Shown here: piece after piece, positions 59,150 through 64,000 of the stretch
Layout of the letters: the number at the start of each line of letters is the position of its first letter
Position numbering within the stretch: position 1 is the first letter of the stretch
From: Verrucomicrobiaceae bacterium
GTDB lineage: Bacteria; Verrucomicrobiota; Verrucomicrobiia; Verrucomicrobiales; Akkermansiaceae
Assembly: GCA_051252135.1 (NCBI GenBank)
Contig: JBPOGH010000001.1
Coordinates: 512,001 to 576,000, forward strand
Direction of reading: 5' to 3'
Length of the DNA stretch: 64,000 nucleotides
Position numbers and translations under genes: made by a program
The notes under the pieces: generated by a model
Seen by the model: only the letters and a program-made list of their open reading frames with translations
The model's database searches: none
Told to the model about the DNA's origin: nothing

Positions 59150-60040
59150 ATGGACGAAGACGACAGAATCGAAGAAATGATGCGGCAGGTGCGCCGTCTC
59201 GAGATCCGCGCACGCCGCCTCGCCAGCGAAACCTTCTCCGGCGAATACCACTCCTCGTTCAAAGGTGCCGGTCTCGATTTCGACGAATTCCGCGAATATC
59301 AGCCCGGTGATGAAATCCGCTTCATCGATTGGAATGTCACCGCCCGCATGCAGGAACCCTACATCCGCAAATTCCGCGAAGAACGGGAACTCTCCGTCAT
59401 CATCGTCGTCGATGTCTCCGCTTCCACCGACTTCGGCAGCAAGCACCTCTCCAAGCGCGAGCGCGCCGCCGAGCTCACCGCCCTCCTCGGCTTCAGCGCC
59501 CGTTACAATGGCGACAAGGTCGGCCTTCTCCTCTTCTCAAAGGAACCCGTCCTCTACCTCCCGCCCCGCAAGGGAGGAAAAAGCGTCATCCGCGCCATCC
59601 GCGAGGTCATCTCCGCCAAGCCTAACGATCCCGGGACCTCCATCGCCAACGCCTGCGAATTCCTCCACCAAACCCTCAAACGCAAGGCCCTCGTCTTCTT
59701 CATCTCTGATTTCATCGACTGGGGCTTCGAGAAAACCTTCGGCTCCCTGGCCCGCCAGCACGACATCGTCGCCCTCTCCCTTCAGGACCCCCTCGAGGAA
59801 AGCATCCCCGACGTCGGAAAAATCCAATTCCGCGACCCCGAGAGCGGCATCGCCACCACCGTCAACACCTCCAACGCAAACGCCCGGATGGGATTGGTGA
59901 AACTTTCCCGAAGATATCGCGAAGGCCTCGACGCTTTCTTCAAAAAACAAGGCATCGACCACGCCCCCATCTCCACCACACGCGACTACCTCCCCGCCCT
60001 CCACCAACTCTTCCAACGCCGCGCCAAGCGCAAACACTAA
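59150..60040 (+). CDS. DUF58 family protein (MoxR/Bat-associated)
   Basis: FKGAGLDFDEFREYQPGDEIRFIDWNVTAR, DVSAS, ISDF. Confidence 0.92.
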   Translation: MDEDDRIEEMMRQVRRLEIRARRLASETFSGEYHSSFKGAGLDFDEFREYQPGDEIRFIDWNVTARMQEPYIRKFREERELSVIIVVDVSASTDFGSKHLSKRERAAELTALLGFSARYNGDKVGLLLFSKEPVLYLPPRKGGKSVIRAIREVISAKPNDPGTSIANACEFLHQTLKRKALVFFISDFIDWGFEKTFGSLARQHDIVALSLQDPLEESIPDVGKIQFRDPESGIATTVNTSNANARMGLVKLSRRYREGLDAFFKKQGIDHAPISTTRDYLPALHQLFQRRAKRKH

Positions 60041-60043
60041 CCC

Positions 60044-60580
60044 ATGCCGGACACCGCCGACCCGCCTTCTCCCCCGCCTCTTCCCCATGGGATCGAGGCC
60101 CCGGAAGTCTACGTCCCCGGCACCCCCATGTGGGTTTGGATCACTCTCGCAATCGCGGCCCTCGTTATCATTATTGGCCTCGTCTACCTCGCTCGCTCTC
60201 TGGGAAAAAATGCCACTCCACCCCCACCTCAACTCCCTTCTCCCTACCGCACTGCCGAGGCCAAGCTCACCCAACTCAAGGATCGCTCCGGCGAACTTCC
60301 CATCGCCGAATTCGCATCACAGGTCTCCCTCATTCTCCGCGAATGCCTCGCCTCGGTCCTGAAAGACCCCGCTCTCTACGAGACCGACGAAGAAATGGCA
60401 ACCCGCCTCGCCAGCCTCGACCGCGTCCCCTCCGGAGTCCGTAAATACCTCATCACTCTCGGCTCCGCCAAATACGCCCCCTCATCCGCAAATCAGGCCC
60501 AATGTCACGTCCTCGCCGACCACGCATTCACCTGCCTCCGTGAAATCGAAACCTCCCAGTCTCCGCCGCCCACCCCATGA
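60044..60580 (+). CDS. Bat-operon membrane protein (DUF4381-like)
   Basis: One TM helix, ETDEE and AKYAP motifs; sits between DUF58 and batA. Confidence 0.7.
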   Translation: MPDTADPPSPPPLPHGIEAPEVYVPGTPMWVWITLAIAALVIIIGLVYLARSLGKNATPPPPQLPSPYRTAEAKLTQLKDRSGELPIAEFASQVSLILRECLASVLKDPALYETDEEMATRLASLDRVPSGVRKYLITLGSAKYAPSSANQAQCHVLADHAFTCLREIETSQSPPPTP

Positions 60581-61581
60581 GCGTCCTGGAACAATTCACC
60601 TTCGCACACCCGTGGTGGCTCCTCTTGCTCCTCGTCGTCCCCGTGCTCATCTTCTTCGGATACAAACTCGGTGTCCAAAGCTGGGTCGTCTACCCCACCC
60701 TTCGCGTCCTCGGAACCCTCGGATACAAGCCCAAAGACAAACCCTGGCGCATCGCACCCCTCGTCTTACCTCTCCTCCTGATCCCCCCCATTCTCGCCAT
60801 GGCCCGCCCGCAGTGGCAAAATGAAAGATCATCCCGCACTGCCAGCGGAATCGATATTCTCGTCGCTCTCGATATCTCCGCCTCCATGGAAGCCCGCGAC
60901 TTCCAATCCAATGACCCTCGCTTCCGTCGTCCCCAGCGTCGCATCGATGCCGCCCGTGAGGTCCTCCTCAACTTCATCGAAGAGCGCCCTGACGATCGCA
61001 TCGGCATCGTCACCTTCTCCGGACGCCCCTACACCGTCGCCCCCCTCACCCTCGACCACAACATCCTCAAACTCAAAATTGCCGAAATCATCCTCGTCAG
61101 TGGTCGCCGCGAGGAAGGAGGAACCGCCATCGGAAGCGCCATCAATGCCGCCAGCCTCCGTCTCGATCAACAAAAGGATTCCAAAAGTAAGGTCGTTGTC
61201 CTCATTACCGATGGTGCCAACAACTCCGGAAAAATCTCCCCCGAACAGGCAGCCGAACTCTCAGCCGACCTGGGGATCAAAATCTACACCATCGCCATCG
61301 GAACCGAGGGCGGGCGCATCGTCGGAGTCCCCCAGCAGGAATACGATGAAGAAACCCTCATGAAAATCGCCTCTCTTACCAAAGGCGAATTCTTCCGCGC
61401 CAAGGACCTCTCCGACCTCAAGGAAGCCTTCAAAAGCATCGACGCCCTCGAAAAGACCGAAGTCGAACATTCCAGCTGGATTCAGGTAAAGGAATACTAC
61501 CCCTGGTTCCTCGCCCCGGGAGTGATCGCTCTCGCCGGATACTTCCTCTTCTCGGCCCTCAACCCCCCGCCCGCTCCCTGA
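60577..61581 (+). CDS. batA: BatA-like vWA domain protein
   Basis: ALDISASM (MIDAS), DRIGIVTF, GTAIG, LITDG, C-terminal TM. Confidence 0.88.
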   Translation: MSVLEQFTFAHPWWLLLLLVVPVLIFFGYKLGVQSWVVYPTLRVLGTLGYKPKDKPWRIAPLVLPLLLIPPILAMARPQWQNERSSRTASGIDILVALDISASMEARDFQSNDPRFRRPQRRIDAAREVLLNFIEERPDDRIGIVTFSGRPYTVAPLTLDHNILKLKIAEIILVSGRREEGGTAIGSAINAASLRLDQQKDSKSKVVVLITDGANNSGKISPEQAAELSADLGIKIYTIAIGTEGGRIVGVPQQEYDEETLMKIASLTKGEFFRAKDLSDLKEAFKSIDALEKTEVEHSSWIQVKEYYPWFLAPGVIALAGYFLFSALNPPPAP

Positions 61582-61582
61582 C

Positions 61583-63493
61583 GTGACCTTCACCGCTCCA
61601 TCATGGTTCTTCCTGATGCCCGTCATCCCGCTCGTGGTGACCCTCGGCATCCTCAAATGGCGCTCCCGTCAAAAACGCCTCGGCTCCCTCGTGGCCGACC
61701 GGCTCAAATCCCGCTTGGTCAACGCCCGCCCGGGCTCAAAGCACTTCACCGCTCTCGGCCTCGCCATGCTGGGACTCGCCCTCCTCATCACCGCTCTCGC
61801 CATGCCCGAAGCTGGAGAGGAATGGATCGAGACCAAGGCGGAAGGCCGTAATATCCTCCTGTGTGTCGACATTTCCCAAAGCATGCTCACCGAGGATGCC
61901 GGGGCCGCCAGTCGACTCGCCGCCGCAAAAGGCGCCGCCCTGGGAATCGTCGAACGCTTCCCGACCGACCGGATCGGACTCCTCGTATTCTCCGGGGAAA
62001 CCCAGGTCATGGTGCCCCTCACCATCGATCATTCGTTTCTCAGTCAAACGATCACCCAACTCAACCCCATCGATCTCCCCGTAGGTGGGTCCGACCTCGC
62101 CCTCGCCATCAAGGATTCCACCATCATCCTCAATCAAACCGGCCAGCGCAACAATGTCATGGTCATCCTCAGCGACGGAGAGGACCACTCGTCGGGAATC
62201 GACGATGCCTCGGGGATGGCGGCCAAAGCAGGCGTCTTCATCTACACCCTCGGTTTTGGTTCCGAGGACGGTGACTACATCCGCGATCCCCGTGAATTGG
62301 ACGGATTCTTCCGCGACCGCAGAGGAAACAAGGTCATCAGCCAACTCAAGTCCGATTCCCTCCAACTCATCGCGGCCAAAACAAATGGCAGCTACTCCCG
62401 TGGAGTCGGTGGCGATTTCCTCGGTTCACTGGATCGCGCCGTCGCCAAAATGGATCGTTTTGAGCAAGAAGGTGGCCATCAACGAATTGCGAAACCGGTC
62501 TATCAGTGGTTTCTTTGTCCCGGACTCTTTTTCCTCATGCTTTCCGTCATCATCGACCGCCTCCCCTTGGCTCGCGCCGCCATCATCTTGGCTGCCTTCG
62601 TTCTAACCTTCGGCAACCCCGCTGAAGGAGGGGAATTTCTCGACACCCTCGCCGCACAAAAGGCCAACAAGGAAGGTGACCACAGGATGGCCTCCGGTCT
62701 CTTCCGCTCCGCTGCCGATCAGGCCGAAGGCGGGCGCCGGGCCAAGCTCCAAATGGCCGCCGGTGCTTCCGCCTATCGGGCTGAGGATTGGACCGGAGCC
62801 GCCGCCGCATTCAGTGAAGCCCTGTTAACGGAAGACGATGACCTCCGCCGCGAAGCCCACTACAGCCTCGCTAATGCTCTCTACTACCAGGGTGCCGCCA
62901 CCGAAGGCAAACCACGCATCTCGGCCTGGCAAGGCGCGGTCTCCCACTACGGGGAAAGCCTCAAGCTGGGAGAGAACCAATCGGCTGCCGAAAACCTCGC
63001 GCTCGTCAAACAACTCCTCCAACAGGCCGAACAGGAACAGCAGGAAAAAGAGAAGCAAGAGCAGGAGAAAAAGGAACAGGAGGACCAGCAACAGAAAGAG
63101 GAGGAAAACGAGTCCGACGACGAACAAGAAAAGAACGGCGATCAGGGAGAAGAAAAGGAAGAGGATCAGGAAAATCAGGACAACAAGGATGAGTCCGACA
63201 AGGGCGACGAAAAAGAGGGCGGCAAGGAAGGCGAGCCCAAGGAAGAGGAACCCAAGGATGGGGAGAATCAAAAGGGAGAAAACGAAAGCGAAGAAAATGG
63301 TCAGCCCGAGGAGGAAAAGGACGACCCAGGCCCCACTCAGGAGGAGCAGGAAGCTCAGGAAATGGAACCGGAAAAAGGAAAGGAATCACCCGAAGAAAGA
63401 GCAAGGCGCATCCTCAAATCCCAAGCCGATTTCGGAGGAAATCCTCCCAAGGCCCAACGCCGCTATTTCCGTCGCCCCGAGAAAGACTGGTAA
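61583..63493 (+). CDS. BatB-BatC-like fusion: vWA + TPR + acidic linker
   Basis: DISQSM, PLTID, LSDGED, TPR (AHYSLANALY), E/Q/K-rich tract, terminal EKDW. Confidence 0.85.
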   Translation: MTFTAPSWFFLMPVIPLVVTLGILKWRSRQKRLGSLVADRLKSRLVNARPGSKHFTALGLAMLGLALLITALAMPEAGEEWIETKAEGRNILLCVDISQSMLTEDAGAASRLAAAKGAALGIVERFPTDRIGLLVFSGETQVMVPLTIDHSFLSQTITQLNPIDLPVGGSDLALAIKDSTIILNQTGQRNNVMVILSDGEDHSSGIDDASGMAAKAGVFIYTLGFGSEDGDYIRDPRELDGFFRDRRGNKVISQLKSDSLQLIAAKTNGSYSRGVGGDFLGSLDRAVAKMDRFEQEGGHQRIAKPVYQWFLCPGLFFLMLSVIIDRLPLARAAIILAAFVLTFGNPAEGGEFLDTLAAQKANKEGDHRMASGLFRSAADQAEGGRRAKLQMAAGASAYRAEDWTGAAAAFSEALLTEDDDLRREAHYSLANALYYQGAATEGKPRISAWQGAVSHYGESLKLGENQSAAENLALVKQLLQQAEQEQQEKEKQEQEKKEQEDQQQKEEENESDDEQEKNGDQGEEKEEDQENQDNKDESDKGDEKEGGKEGEPKEEEPKDGENQKGENESEENGQPEEEKDDPGPTQEEQEAQEMEPEKGKESPEERARRILKSQADFGGNPPKAQRRYFRRPEKDW

Positions 63494-63510
63494 ACAAAGA
63501 TTCAGCTCCA

Positions 63511-64000
63511 ATGGTCCGCCTTCTTCTCCTCTTCATTCTCATCCCGGTGCTAAATGCACAGGGCCCGCCCTCGATCGAGGTGCAACTCCAGAGCGCCTTT
63601 CTCGTGGAACGTGAGGAAGCCATTCTCACTCTCACGGTCCGTAATCTCAACATGCCCGGGTGGCCGGCCTCCCCGGTCGTCAGCCCCCTCTCCCTGCGTC
63701 AGCTTCAACACCGAAACATGCTGATCAACGGGAGAGTCTCGGAAGCCTTTTCCTACGCCATCTCTTCCATGAAGGCTGGCGTTTACACCGTCCCGCCATT
63801 CCGGGTGGGCAATGTCGTCAGCAAACCTCTCACCCTCCACGTCTTCAAAGAGAGCGATCTGTCCCGCCACCAACTCTCTCACAACGGCCAGGAATTCACT
63901 TATCTCTCCGGCCTCTTCGTGACCAATCGCACCCCTTACGTCGGCGAAACCCAACAGATCGAAGCCAAGCTCTATCTCCCCACCCGCATCCGTGTCGAAC
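63511..64000 (+). CDS. BatD-like protein (runs off the window)
   Basis: My translation from ATG 63511: MVRLLLLFILIPVLNA signal, INGRVS...KAGVYTVPPF, PYVGE; follows batBC. Confidence 0.8.
   Translation, partial: MVRLLLLFILIPVLNAQGPPSIEVQLQSAFLVEREEAILTLTVRNLNMPGWPASPVVSPLSLRQLQHRNMLINGRVSEAFSYAISSMKAGVYTVPPFRVGNVVSKPLTLHVFKESDLSRHQLSHNGQEFTYLSGLFVTNRTPYVGETQQIEAKLYLPTRIRVE

Noticed and set aside
63020..63400. Purine-rich low-complexity tract
   Set aside because: Encodes the E/Q/K/D linker typical of BatC-like proteins; not a DNA repeat array.

Overview
A dense, GC-rich bacterial chromosomal window with about 55 CDS. Gene content and protein style (lamin-tail/CotH surface proteins, LpxI, FloA, Bat operon, Tat-exported Gfo/Idh/MocA oxidoreductase) suggest Verrucomicrobiota; this is inference. 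Housekeeping genes include prmA, purU, dtd, valS, iscU, folD, iscA, htpG, a 2-oxoacid:ferredoxin oxidoreductase pair, ffh, khpA, lpxI and one tRNA-CAT (probably Ile2). A sugar block holds xylA, a eukaryote-type xylulokinase, a PAS-AraC regulator, a TIM-barrel isomerase and two Gfo/Idh/MocA genes, interrupted by a vapBC-like module. I saw no CRISPR array, transposase, integrase or rRNA. Most notable observations: (1) several apparent pseudoenzymes with intact ORFs: an FGGY kinase lacking both catalytic Asp, two tandem ~1730-aa CotH proteins with Ser at the catalytic Asp, a class A PBP with a dead transpeptidase domain, and an anti-sigma with the vWA core missing; (2) a shared ~110-130 aa C-terminal module on three large secreted proteins that looks like a sorting or anchoring signal; (3) many genes with a sigma70 -35/-10 pair 6-7 nt before the start codon, suggesting leaderless mRNAs; (4) floA (no nfeD) directly upstream of a Bat operon (no moxR). 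All family calls rest on motif recognition by eye, not database searches.
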